Of a DNA stretch of 64,000 nucleotides, positions 8,654 through 20,900 are shown in pieces. The DNA lies in contig CAWCNJ010000006.1 of NCBI GenBank assembly GCA_963796955.1, forward strand, positions 96,001 through 160,000, given 5' to 3'. Source of the stretch: Endomicrobiales bacterium. GTDB lineage: Bacteria; Elusimicrobiota; Endomicrobiia; Endomicrobiales; JALOBY01. The notes below the pieces were generated by a model. The model worked only from the letters and a program-made list of their open reading frames with translations. It ran no database searches and had not been told where the DNA came from. Each line of letters starts with the position of its first letter. Positions within the stretch are counted from its first letter, which is position 1. A program made the translations under genes and the position numbers.

Positions 8654-10459
8654 TTGAAGACCATGCAAAAGAACGAAAAGATCCGTAACATCGCCGTTAT
8701 AGCCCACGTTGACCACGGCAAAACCACCCTGGTGGATTTTATGCTTCGCCAGAGCGGTACATTTCGCGAAAATCAGGATGTTAACGACCGCGTAATGGAC
8801 AATATGGATCTGGAAAAAGAGCGAGGTATCACTATTGCCGCGAAGAACTGCGCGATCTGGCATAAGGGCGTTCGCATAAATATCCTTGATACACCGGGCC
8901 ATGCCGATTTCGGCGGAGAAGTTGAACGCAGCCTTAAAATGGTTGATGGTGTTATCCTGCTTGTTGATTCTTCCGAGGGCCCGTTGCCTCAGACGCGTTT
9001 TGTGCTGCGCAAGGCGCTGGAAGGCGGCTTGAAAGTTATAGTTGTCGTCAATAAAATAGACCGCAAAGATGCCCGCCCCAAAGAAGTGCTGGATGAAGTT
9101 TATTCTTTGTTCATGGACCTGGACGCCAAAGACGATCAGATAGAATTCCCGATCCTTTACGCTATAGGAAGGGAAGGCATCGCGCAGAAGACTTTGGAAG
9201 AAAAAGGCGTTAACCTGCAGCCGTTGTTCGATTGTATCGTCGATGAAATTCCTGCCCCGACTTTTGACCCTGCCGAGCCCTTTCAGATGCTGGTTTGCGA
9301 CCTGGATTATTCGGATTATGTTGGCCGTCTTGCGATCGGACGCGTATTTAACGGCTCCATTAAAATGGGCCAGGACCTGGTTTGCGTCGGCGAAGACAAC
9401 CAGGTGGTGCCCTTGCGCGTAACAAAATTACAGGCTTACGACGGTGTAAGTATCCGGGAAGTAGAATCTGTCTCCGCCGGCGACATCACCATTATTGCCG
9501 GGATAGAAAATGTGCGCATAGGCGATACCGTTTGTACAAAAGAATCTCCAAAGCCGCTTAAGCGCATAAAAGTTGATGAACCGACATTGTCTATGATATT
9601 CACGATAAATTCTTCGCCGCTATCGGGCAAAGAAGGCAAATTTGTTCAGTCCAAAAAGATCGGCGAACGCCTGCAACGCGAAACCTTGCAGAACGTAGCC
9701 ATTGTTGTTGAGCCTATGGCTGACTCTGATAAGTTCATGGTCAAGGGCAGGGGCGAATTCCAGATGGAAATTCTGCTGGAGACCATGCGCCGGGAAGGTT
9801 TTGAACTGAGCGTAGGCCGCCCGAAAGTGATTTTCAAACAGATAAACGGCGCCAACTGCGAACCTATTGAACATCTGTTCGTTGACTGCGATGAAACTTT
9901 CATAGGTGTAATAACCGAGAAGCTTTCTCGTCGGAAAGGCCGCATGACGAACCTTATAAACCACGGCACCGGCCGCGTACGCATGGAGTTTTCCATACCC
10001 AGCCGTGGCTTGATCGGTTATCGCAGCGAGTTTCTCACCGATACACGCGGCACCGGCATAATGAATTCATATTTAAGCGGCTATGAAGAATTCCGCGGCG
10101 AATTCATTACCCGCCAGAACGGCTCGCTGGTCTCAGACCGCGCGGGTAATGGCGTCGCCTATGCGATATTCAACTTGGAGCCCAGAGGCATAATGTTCGT
10201 GGTGCCCGGTGACCCTGTTTATGAAGGCATGATAGTGGGCGAGCACAACCGCGAGAACAACCTGAACGTTAACCCCACAAAAGAAAAGAAACTCACCAAC
10301 ATGCGAGCGGCGGGAAGCGATGATAATGTGCTGCTTACCCCGGTACAGCCGATGTCCCTTGAACGCGCTATAATGTTCATAAAAGATGACGAGATGGTAG
10401 AGATCACTCCCAAATCCATCCGCCTGCGCAAAATGAAGCTTTCGATACATGATCGGTAA
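8654..10459 (+). CDS. typA: Translational GTPase TypA/BipA
   Basis: [37 protein letters not shown] and GRGE motifs, plus the BipA C-terminus [12 protein letters not shown]...[14 protein letters not shown] aggag at 8643-8647; the start is TTG 8654 or ATG 8663. Confidence 0.96.
   Translation: MKTMQKNEKIRNIAVIAHVDHGKTTLVDFMLRQSGTFRENQDVNDRVMDNMDLEKERGITIAAKNCAIWHKGVRINILDTPGHADFGGEVERSLKMVDGVILLVDSSEGPLPQTRFVLRKALEGGLKVIVVVNKIDRKDARPKEVLDEVYSLFMDLDAKDDQIEFPILYAIGREGIAQKTLEEKGVNLQPLFDCIVDEIPAPTFDPAEPFQMLVCDLDYSDYVGRLAIGRVFNGSIKMGQDLVCVGEDNQVVPLRVTKLQAYDGVSIREVESVSAGDITIIAGIENVRIGDTVCTKESPKPLKRIKVDEPTLSMIFTINSSPLSGKEGKFVQSKKIGERLQRETLQNVAIVVEPMADSDKFMVKGRGEFQMEILLETMRREGFELSVGRPKVIFKQINGANCEPIEHLFVDCDETFIGVITEKLSRRKGRMTNLINHGTGRVRMEFSIPSRGLIGYRSEFLTDTRGTGIMNSYLSGYEEFRGEFITRQNGSLVSDRAGNGVAYAIFNLEPRGIMFVVPGDPVYEGMIVGEHNRENNLNVNPTKEKKLTNMRAAGSDDNVLLTPVQPMSLERAIMFIKDDEMVEITPKSIRLRKMKLSIHDR
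10424..10459 (+). repeat. typA 3'-end direct repeat, copy 1 (the functional gene end)
   Basis: ctgcgcaaaatgaagctttcgatacatgatcggtaa matches 11664-11699 at 32 of 36 positions. Confidence 0.9.
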
Positions 10460-10474
10460 GGGAAATAACATTGT

Positions 10475-10522
10475 ATGTAATATGGAGTTGACAACATCCA
10501 AATATACATGTAAAATGGAAGT
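10475..10522 (+). promoter_or_regulatory. Near-consensus sigma70 promoter for a leaderless ATPase mRNA, overlapped by direct repeats 33 bp apart
   Basis: TTGACA (10488-10493), 17-nt spacer, TAAAAT (10511-10516), 6 nt, ATG at 10523. Repeats atgtaatatggag (10475) and atgtaaaatggaa (10508). Confidence 0.75.
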
Positions 10523-11662
10523 ATGTATTCCAGAATAATTAAACCACCGACGGATAAAAGCTTCTTTTTGTTCGGGCCGAGAGGCACGGGTAAGACAACG
10601 TGGGTAAAGTCTTGCTTCCCTGATGCGTTGTACATTGACCTTCTTGAGGCCGAAATGTATAACGATCTTCTGGCAAACCCGCAACGGCTTGAAAACTTTA
10701 TTCCCAAAGAGTCTAAGAATTGGGTGATAATTGATGAAATACAGCGCGTGCCGGAATTGCTAAATGAAGTACACCGGCTGATCGAAAAATACAAGTACAA
10801 ATTTATACTAACCGGATCGAGCGCACGCAAACTGAGAAAAAAAGGAAATAATCTGTTGGGAGGGCGCGCTCTCTCGTACTCAATGTATCCATTGGCTGCC
10901 GTCGAACTTGGAAAAGATTTTGTTTTGGCAAGCTCGCTGAAATATGGGTTCTTACCAAGCGTCTATCTTGAAAAAGAACCGAAGGCGTATCTTGAAAGTT
11001 ATGTGAAGACGTATTTGGATGAGGAAATACGCCACGAAGGGTTGACTAGAAATTTAGGCGCATTCGCAAGATTTTTAGAAGCCGCCAGCTTTTCACAGGG
11101 ATCAATATTAAGCGTATCCGCTATCGCTCGGGAGTGTGCGGTAGAAAGAAAAGTTGTTGAAAACTATTTTTCCATCCTTGAAGACCTTCTTATCGCCTAC
11201 AAATTGCCTGTTTTTACCAAAAAAGCCAAAAGGCGTATGGTTTCTCATCCAAAATTCTATTTTTTCGACGTAGGTGTATACAGGACACTACGGCCCATGG
11301 GACCATTAGACAGGCCGGAAGAAGTTGAAGGCATTGCACTTGAGACAGTACTGTACCAGCAATTGATCGCGGTTAACGAATCTCTGCGATTGGGCTATTC
11401 AATTTACTACTGGCGGACGGCCAACAACATGGAAGTCGATTTTGTTTTGTATGGCGAAAAGGGAATAATGGCGTTTGAGATCAAAAGAACCGGTAAAGTT
11501 TCGGGCTCAATGCTTTCAGGTTTAAAAGCATTTTTGAAAGACTATCCGATGGCAAAAGCATATTTTGTATATGGCGGAGATAGGTACATGAGGGATGGCA
11601 ATATAGAAATAGTGCCGGTTAACGATATGATAAAAAAGCTGCCATCTGTCCTGCAGCAATAA
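10523..11662 (+). CDS. AAA+ ATPase (AAA_14) with C-terminal DUF4143 domain
   Basis: Walker A GPRGTGKTT, Walker B IIDEIQRVP, LTGSS, LLGGRA, PKFYFFDVG, and YYWRT..MEVDFV...FEIK (PD-(D/E)xK-like). More AT-rich than the flanking genes. Confidence 0.88.
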   Translation: MYSRIIKPPTDKSFFLFGPRGTGKTTWVKSCFPDALYIDLLEAEMYNDLLANPQRLENFIPKESKNWVIIDEIQRVPELLNEVHRLIEKYKYKFILTGSSARKLRKKGNNLLGGRALSYSMYPLAAVELGKDFVLASSLKYGFLPSVYLEKEPKAYLESYVKTYLDEEIRHEGLTRNLGAFARFLEAASFSQGSILSVSAIARECAVERKVVENYFSILEDLLIAYKLPVFTKKAKRRMVSHPKFYFFDVGVYRTLRPMGPLDRPEEVEGIALETVLYQQLIAVNESLRLGYSIYYWRTANNMEVDFVLYGEKGIMAFEIKRTGKVSGSMLSGLKAFLKDYPMAKAYFVYGGDRYMRDGNIEIVPVNDMIKKLPSVLQQ

Positions 11663-11663
11663 G

Positions 11664-11699
11664 CTGCGCAAAATGAAGCTTTCCATACACGACCGGTAG
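11664..11699 (+). repeat. typA 3'-end direct repeat, copy 2 (orphaned [11 protein letters not shown] segment)
   Basis: ctgcgcaaaatgaagctttccatacacgaccggtag; all 4 differences from copy 1 are at third codon positions. Confidence 0.9.
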
Positions 11700-11727
11700 G
11701 CTTGAAAGGATTTTCCAGAATAAAAAC

Positions 11728-11880
11728 AAAAAAACACACACTTGGAATAATTGGTGTGTGTTTTTTGTTGCTTTTTTATTGAAAATTCAGTAAGATTTTG
11801 TGTTGCCAGCCTGAAAATACTGCAAAACGCATAAAAGAATTGATATTTATAGTATTTAACATATAATTTATAGTGACGAA
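11728..11880 (+). promoter_or_regulatory. Conserved upstream module of giant gene 1 (palindrome/terminator plus promoter)
   Basis: AAAACACACAC-N12-GTGTGTGTTTTTT hairpin, TTGAAAATTCAGTAA box, and TTGATA (11840) - 16 nt - TATAAT (11862). Homologous to 48583-48734. Confidence 0.7.
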
Positions 11881-11933
11881 TGAGCGTAACATTGCTCCGA
11901 TTCACGTTTTTTTTATTTTGCATGGGACCTGCA

Positions 11934-14900
11934 ATGCTCGGCCGCTCGATCTCGCGAATCGTACCATTCAAAAGCGCCATGGCCGCGATTATTTTTGCGG
12001 TTATCGCGCTGTTGTTTTTTTCAATAGTTTCCAACGCGGCCCCAAACGCTCCCAGTAACCTGACGCAGTGCAGTTCCACCGGCCTTAGCCTTTCGTCGTT
12101 TACCTGGACCAATTCCACGCTTATCACCTCATCCTTCACGCTGACAACTGCGAGCGTTCACTATCGTATTCAGGTATCAACGGTCACTGATGCAAACGGG
12201 GCGGCTGTTTGGAATAAAGGCTTATTCGTGGATGCTACCTCGGCGGCGTTGCTGCCTGCGGGCACTACCTGGTACGCCTGGACACCGGCCATTCCAGCTT
12301 TCTATTGGTGGCGTGTCTCCTGTTTCGACGGTTCGAATGTGTATTCCTCAACAACTTCGGTTTTGCAAAGCGGTGGCCCGGCGGTGGTTGCCTGGAATAC
12401 GCCCTTCGACCCGAAGTACCGGGAACCCATGCCGGGTGACGGTATCGGCGGCGGCGGCTCCAGTCTTGCCTGGGGCGACTTCGACGGCGACGGGTATCAG
12501 GATCTTGCCATACTTGGCAACAGCAATAGCAGCGGTGACATAACCAAAGTGTTTCCCGGCAAGAGCGACGGTACATTCAACGCGGCGGTAACCTTGCCTT
12601 CGGGGCAAACGTTCAGCTCTGGCGGTGTGGCCTGGGGAGATTTTAACAACGACGGTTTGCTTGACCTGGCCATTGCCGGCAAGAATAGTACTACGGGTAA
12701 TGGCTCAGTGCGCGTGTACCGAAATACCGGAGGCGCCTTCAGCGCCACATTTGTGTCGCCGGAAACCGTGGGATACAGCTTCTCCAATCTGGCCTGGGGC
12801 GACTATGACAATGACGGCTGCCTCAACCTGGTCGTAGCGGGGTGGACCGATAGCTATGCAATCGTGTCGCGGGTATATCACAATAATGGCAATGCCGGGT
12901 TCACCGTCGCCTACAATAATAACTTTGGAGTCGCCTCTACTGATGTCGGTTCTTGTGCCCCCTCGCTTCAGTGGCTGGATGTTGAAAATGATGGCGATCT
13001 GGATCTCGCGATGGCCGGCAACGCGGGCGGCACCTACAGTATGTCAATATACCGCAACCAGAACAGTACCTTTGCGTTCGGCTCGGCCCCGGTCTTCGAA
13101 TACGACCCTGTCTCCGCCGCCGCCTGGGGCGATTTTAACAACGACGGTTTTATGGATTTCGCGGGCGTTGACTCTAATTCCCGGGTAGCTGTTTTCCTCA
13201 ACACCGGTAATTTCACCTTCAATACCGTGTCTCCCATTGTACTGACATCCACTATCAACAATTTCACGAACGTCGCCGCGGGTGACGTTGATAATGACGG
13301 CCTCTCGGACGTATTTGTCGCCGGCAGCACCGGCACGGCATTGTATTACAATCGTAATGGAAGTTTTGTAAATCAACCCACCTTTCCATTCTGGCCGCTG
13401 TATGGTGACGAAAGTATTGCCCTTGCCGATTATAACGCCGATGGCGCCCTGGATGCCGCCTTTGCCGGCGGCGATCTTTTCAGTGCCGACTACCTCAGGG
13501 TTTTTAACGGCAAGCAGGCGAATGCCGCGCCGGTGCCGCCAACTATTTCCACGGTGACATTTAGCTATAGCGCTACCCGAAGCACATTTACCGTTGCCTG
13601 GGCCCCGGGATATTACGACGTAGGCCATTCTTCCAACTCGGTTTATTACAATGTGGAAGTCGCCACATACCCTACTACGCTGCAATCGGATAATAAACGT
13701 GTCGTAAATTCAAACAAGTTCGTGGAGTCCTGGGATTTCGGCAGCCCGAACCTTGGCAGTTACATCCGTCCCGCGGTTTCCACCAACTGGGCCGGTGTTA
13801 AAGGTACCCAGATGGTTGGTTATACGATCGCACCTTCAACAAGTAATTATCTGCTGAACGCCACAACATTCTATTTCCGCGTGCAAACCATCGATTCAGG
13901 CCTAATGCGCAGCGTCTGGTCGTCGGAATATGCCTGCATCGCCAGTTCCTATGTCGTTTTTACTAATCATGCTCCTGACGCACCCGCGAACCTCGTCCAA
14001 CTGGACGGCTCGTTTGTTTCACTCTCGTCTTTCAGCTGGACGAATTCCGGTACGATAATATCATCGTTTACGCTTACCGACCAGGATGCCGGCACTCAGG
14101 TGAAATACCATTTACAGATCACTACCGTCTCAGACTCCGGCCTTGCCACCTGGACCAGTGGTTACTTCCTGAATTATACGTCACCGTTGTTGAACCAGGG
14201 AACCACTACGTATACCTGGCCGGCATTAGCTGCGAATAAATTTTACTGGTGGCAGGTGTGGACGGAAGACGCAGGCGGTTTAGCTTCAACATCAACCTCA
14301 ACTTCACTGTTAAGCGGCGGCCCGGCGGCGCTGGCGTATAAAACGGTGTATGATCCGAACGCAATGGATGTGCTGCCCGGCTGGGGTGTTGGTTACACTA
14401 AAACGGAACTGGCCTGGGGCGATATGGATAACGACGGCTACGCGGACCTGGCCATTGCGGGCGATGGTGAATTCAGAGTATTCAAAAACAACAAAGACGG
14501 AACAATGGATCCCAACTCTATAGCGGTCGACCCTGCCTTGGGTGGCCTTAATACTGTTTCCGTTAAATGGGGGGATTTTAACAACGACGGTAAGCTGGAC
14601 CTGGTAGAAATGGGTGGTTGGTGGTATGGGACTGGATACAATTTACGTGTGTATTATAACAACGGCGCGGGCGGCTTTGATCCAAACTATGAAGAACCGG
14701 TACCCGATTGGGGGCTTGAAGGCGGCTGCGTGGCGCCGGGAGATTATGACAATGATGGAAATCTTGATATCGCTGTTATGGGATACGACGGATCGAACGC
14801 ATATTTTCAGGTATACCGTAACAACGGCGACGGTACTTTTGATCCCGATTACATAGAGCCTCAACCAGGCTGGGGCACCTATGCGGGAACACTTGCCTGG

Positions 14901-17900
14901 GGCGATTATAATAATGACGGAGACCTGGATATAGCGGTACATGGCACTGATAGCTATTTGCGCATATTTAAGAACAATGGCAATGGAAGTTTTGACCCCC
15001 ACCCAATAGAACTCGGTACCAGCGGTGATTGGGAGGCGCTTGCCTGGGGTGATTTTAATAATGACGGTAATCTTGACATATCTGGCCTGGATTCTTCCGA
15101 TTGGTTGTACTTATACACCAATAACGGCGATGGATCTTTTGATGACACGCGGGTAACTATAGACGGGGTAGCAGGTTCTAATAATAATACTTTGTGCGTT
15201 GGCGACTTCGACAATGATGGATACACAGACATAGCGGGATCTTATGGTGTGGGGAATTACCCTTATGTTGATAACAGGGCGTATATTTACCACAACAACA
15301 GCGGCGCAGGAACATTTGCAAAAAGCGAGATATTGCCCGGCTGGGGTGTTTCATTCGGCAGCCTTGCCTTTGCGGATTTTGACAACGACAACGACCTGGA
15401 TCTTGCGGTTTCCGGGCGGGAAAACAACTGCATAGATTATGCGACAGGTGGTTACAGAACATGTATCTACAAGAACAAAGAAGCCCAACTGGGCAACCCC
15501 AACACCCCGCCGACTGCGCCCACCGGCCTTACCGCGCTTTACGCCTACGACGTTAATACCTCAACGCTGACCCTGTGCTGGACGCCGGCGGCTTCTTACT
15601 ACAACATAGAGCTGAGCACATTCCCTACCACGCTTTCGGGCGGCAATTTACAGCTGGCCACCACCGGCCATTACGAAATGCCCTGGAACTTCGGCAGCCC
15701 CAACACCGGCAATTACACACGCCCGCCGTCAAAAACATGGCCCGGCTTGAGCGGCACTAAAGCAGGCCAGCTCTACACCGTGCCGGATTACGACATTGAA
15801 CCCGGCGCAACCTACTATTTCCGCGCACAGGCGATAAATGCCAGCCTGATAAAGGGCCAGTGGTCTTCTGAGTTCTCAATCTGCCCCCAGGGCGCTTTTT
15901 CGCCGAACCCGCCGACAGGCATAAGCCAGTACAAAGAAAACGGTGGTGCTGTTTACCTGAGCTCTTACAGTTGGGTACAGGGTTCCGATATCGTAGTGTC
16001 ATCTTTTACGCTCACATCGCCCAACGCCGGCATGCAGGTACGCTACCGTATACAAATAACGACAGTAACGCTGCCAAATACGGCCGCAGCCGACTGGGGC
16101 CATGGGATACTGGTAGACTACACCTCCGGGTTGTTAACGCAAGGAGCTACAAACTATCACTGGCAGTTGCCGGGCAGTGTTTCAAGCCTGTGCTGGTGGC
16201 GCATAAGCTGTATAGACCAAAACGGTTATAGCTCAGAGCCTGTTCCGGTATTAAATGATGGCGGTGCTGCGATGGTGGCATATAAAACCATTTTCGCGCC
16301 GAAGGCGCTTGACGTGATGCCCGGTTGGGGTGTCGTCTATTATAAAACAGGCCTGGCCTGGGGGGATATGAACAATGACGGCTGGCAGGATCTGGCTGCT
16401 ATAGGCAACAATAATTTTCTGTTGTTTAAAAACAAGAAAGATGGTACCTTTGACCCCATAACGGTTGATCCTGCCTGGTCCGGTGCGGCTACCTCGGCCG
16501 CACTTAAATGGGGGGATTTCAACAACGATGGTAATTTAGACCTTGTAGCGCTGGGCTATACCGGCGCAGGAAATCTGCGGGTGTACTACAACAACGGATC
16601 AGGCGGTTTTAGGTCCAGCTATCAGGAACCGATACCCGGTTGGGGGCTGTACAATGGTGATATAGCCCCCGGTGATTACAATAACGACGGCAACCTTGAC
16701 ATCGCGGTCATTGGAACAGACGGCTCGAACAACTATTTCCGCATATTCCGTAACAAAGGCGATGGGACATTCGATCCAAATCCGATAGAGCCTCAGCCTG
16801 GTTGGGGAACTTATGCGGGAGCGCTTGCCTGGGCCGATTATAACAATGATGGTGATCTTGATATAGCAGTAAAAGGTATAGATTCCGCTCTGCGTATATA
16901 CAAGAACAATGGTGATGGATCGTTTTACTCTCCGATGGATCTCAGTTCGGTGGCGTATGGTGACTGGAACGCAATGGCCTGGGATGATTACAATAACGAC
17001 GGTTACCTTGATCTATTCTGCCAGGATTATAACGGCCTGGATCTTTATCAAAATAAAGGTGATGGGACGTTCAATACGTCGGGTGTGAGTGTATATAACG
17101 GGGCATCAGCAAATACATTTGCGATGTGCATCGGAGATTTTGATAATGATGGATATGCCGATATTGCCGATCTCGGTTCTATCAACGCACATCTTTATCA
17201 TAATAACGGCGGTTCGGGAAGCTTTACCACAAGCCCGCTCAGGCCGGCCTGGGGAGTGCCAAACAACGTCAGCATTGCCTTTGCGGATTTTGATAATGAC
17301 AACGATCTTGATCTGGCGGTGTCCGGGCAAGACAGCACTTCCCAAAATTTATTCTGCATCTTTAGCAATGAAGAAGCCCAGATGGGCAACGCCAACACGG
17401 CGCCGGTGCCGCCTTCTGGCATACAATCGCAGACAGCCTACAACATAACAAAGTCGACGATGATCATAACCTGGCCGCCGGCCCAGTATGACATCGGCAA
17501 ATCTTCATGCACGCTTTCCTATCAGGTGGTTATCGCTACCTGTTCCATGACTCTGGCTGCGGATCAAAAATTAATAGCAGCACCAGGCTCGTTTATTACT
17601 ACATGGGCCGCTGAGGGGGATAGCTTTGGAAACTATAACCGGCCTCCTGTAAAGATATGGGGAACCGATTCAACGCCCAGGCAGGGGTTTGGGTTATGCC
17701 TCAGTACGGCTTCTATTAAAGCTGACACCACTTATTATTACCGGGTGCAAACCATTGACTCCTGTCTTGCCCGCAGTACCTGGTCGGTGGAAGGCATGGT
17801 CTACATGGGTGTGGGCGCGCCCCCCGCTGCGATAACTAACCTTACCGCTCTGAAAGGTTCATCCGGCGGAGAAATTAAATTAAGCTGGAGCTCGCCCGGC

Positions 17901-20900
17901 GCCGACGGCACAGCAAATAATATTATTAACGGCGCCTTTAAAATACGCTATTCCACATACACAACGGGTTCTGCAAATTTCTGGACGGATGCAGCATCCA
18001 ACTGGGTAGATCAAACCAATAAATATCAGATTACAATACCTACTAATTCCATACCAGGCGTAACGCAATCAGCCACGCTTGTCGGCCTTACACCGGGCGG
18101 AACGTATTACGTGCGCGCCTGGGCACGGGATGAAGTTGGCGTAGACAGCACCAGCTGGAACGGCAACTGGTCTGCATTGTCTAACGCAGCTACAGCCTAT
18201 TCGATGTCGGCAACAACGCCGCAGGTGATAAGCGATCTTGTGGCTACCAACAATAGCGCGCTCAGCGCGATAACCTTAACCTGGACAGCTCCGGGAAGCA
18301 ACGGGCAGACCGGCGACCTGAACGCCGGCTCGGCATTTAAGATAGAATACTCGACGGTAAATGTTATCAATACAAACAACTTTGCCGTTATGCAGGCCAC
18401 CATGGCAATACAGGGCGTAACAATTTCAACGGTTACAACGGCAATGAGCAGGCAGACCTATAATATAGGCGGACTTACAAACAACAAAAAGTACTGGTTC
18501 GCTATAGAGACGGAAAACTCCGGCGGTGTATGGTCAGCGTGGTATTCCTCGGCTCCCGAAGACGGTCATACTACCTACAACGTACTCGCAAGCACGGTTT
18601 GCTCATTCACCAATACCCCGCCGACCATATCCGCACTGGAACAACTGGATGGCTCACTGGTTTCCATGACCTCGTTTACATGGACCAACTCGGGAACCAT
18701 TATCTCATCATTTACTATTAGCGATGCTAATTACGGCCAGCTGGTGCATTATAACATTCAAATCACTTCTGTCGTTACAAATAATGGCGTCGATTGGACT
18801 AACATTTTTGCAAGTTCACGTTCAGCGTTAATAAGCCAGGGAACCGTATCCTACACCTGGCCGGCCTTGACTCCAAACGCCTTCTACGCATGGCGAGCAG
18901 GGCGGAGGATAGCTTCGGCCTGACTTCGTCAACTTCCACAGCACTGGTCTCCGGCGGCCTGGCGGTGCTGGCATATAAAACGCCTTTCGATTCAAGGTAC
19001 GTTGAGCCCACACCCGGCTGGGGTTGCGGACATTATGGATCGGCGCTTGCCTGGGGAGACCTTAACGATGACGGCTATCAGGACCTTGCAGTAAGCGGCA
19101 TCATTGGTACGACGCCCTATACCCGTATATATAAAAATAATAAAGACGGCACTTTTAGTGCATATTCCACCCTGCCCGGCGGTGTAGATGCCGGTTGTCC
19201 GGAACTACAGTTCAGCGACTTTAATAACGACGGAAAAATGGACCTTTTGGTTGCAGGCTGGCCAGGCAGCGATCCCGGTATAGAAAGAATTTATCTCGGT
19301 AACGGCGACGGAACGCTCAACCCGGCATACGTTGATGCAATGCCGGGGTTTGGACGGTATTGGGTCTCGGCTAAACTGGGCGATTATGACAATGACGGTA
19401 ACCTGGACATAGCAATAATGGGCGCCGATGATGCAGGGCCGGGGGTTTCAACCTTCAGGATATACCGTAATAACGGTAACGGTGCCTTTAGTCCAAATTA
19501 TATAGAACCTGAAACGGGCTGGGGTCTTTGCACGCAGGCGCCCGGCTGGAATTATGTCGGCGGCCGTCTGCTCTGGGGCGACTACGATAATGACGGCGAT
19601 CTTGACCTGGCCGTTTGCGGCGATGATGTTAACGATAATCAGTTAATGCGCGTATACCATAACAGCGGCAGCGGCAATCATTTTGGCCCGGCGCACGAGT
19701 TGCAGGTAAGCGATATAAACGATATCAGCTGGATAGATTATGATAACAACGGTTATCTGGATATAGCCGCCTTTTCTCAGGCAGCCCAAAAAACCCGGAT
19801 ATACCGCAATAACGGCAATGGCTCATTCAATACTACGCCGCTTGAGATCTTCCCGGGCATATCAATGCAGAATGTGGCGATCGCAGTCGGCGATTATGAC
19901 AATGACGGCAATTCCGATCTGTTCCTTACCGGTAACACCAATACGCAGGGTGATATAGCAGGCGTTTACCGTAACCGCGGTGACGGAACATTCGATCAGT
20001 CCATCGTCTCGCCGCTGCCGCTATGGGGCATAAACGGCTGTGGGTCGATCGCGTTGTCCGACTACAACAATGACGGCGGCCTGGATATGGCCGTTGACGG
20101 CTTCGGCTCAGGCGGCGATCTGAGCCTGCGCGTCTTCAAAAACATGGAAGCACAGCTGGGCAACGCAAACACCGCGCCCGTGCCGCCGGGTACGGCAAAC
20201 ATCAACTTTAATTACAGCGCGTCAAAGAGCACATTTACAATAACATGGCAGCCTTCGCAATATGACATAGGCCATTCGTCTAATTCTGTCTTCTTTAACG
20301 TGGAAGCCTCAACTTCGCCGACTACGCTTTCCACGGACAAAACGCGCATAACAGCCCCCGATCATTTTGTGGAACCCTGGAACTTCGGCAGCTCCAACCT
20401 GGGCAATTTCGTGCGCCCCGCGGTTTCCACTTCTTGGGCCGGAGTGACTGGCACATCAATGCATGGCTTTACCCTGGCGCCCTCGACAAACACTTGGTTG
20501 TTGAACACCACAACATTCTATTTCCGTATCCAAACAATAGATTCCGGCCTTATGCGCAGCACCTGGTCCGCCGAGTTTTCTTGCTTTGCATCTTCAACGT
20601 CGAACTTGGCGCCCAATGCTCCAACGAACCTTGCGCAGCTGGATGGGACGCATGTTTCGCTCTCATCCTTCGGCTGGACGAACTCGGGTACTATAATTTC
20701 ATCGTTCACCCTAACCGACCCAGACGACGGCCAGCAGGTGCGCTTTAACCTGCAGATAACTTCTGTTACCACTAACGGCGCGGCAGATTGGACAAGCATA
20801 TTCGCCAGCACGCGCTCCGCCCTGCTCAACCAGGGAACCACAACCTATAGTTGGCCGACGCTTAACCCGAATGCTTTCTACTGGTGGCGTGCCTGGACGG

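Noticed and set aside
11522..12139. 205-aa minus-strand ORF across the intergenic region
   Set aside because: It overlaps two well-supported plus-strand genes and a promoter module, and its sequence resembles no known family.
15585..15605. Short linker in module 2 (WTPAASYYN instead of WTPAQYDVSHSSNSIYYN) as an inactivating lesion
   Set aside because: It is an in-frame loss of about 9 aa and the ORF is intact, so it is a minor loop variant.
18880..18925. Programmed ribosomal frameshift or homopolymer phase variation
   Set aside because: No slippery heptamer or long homopolymer lies at this site or at 57985, and paralogous modules are in frame at the same position.
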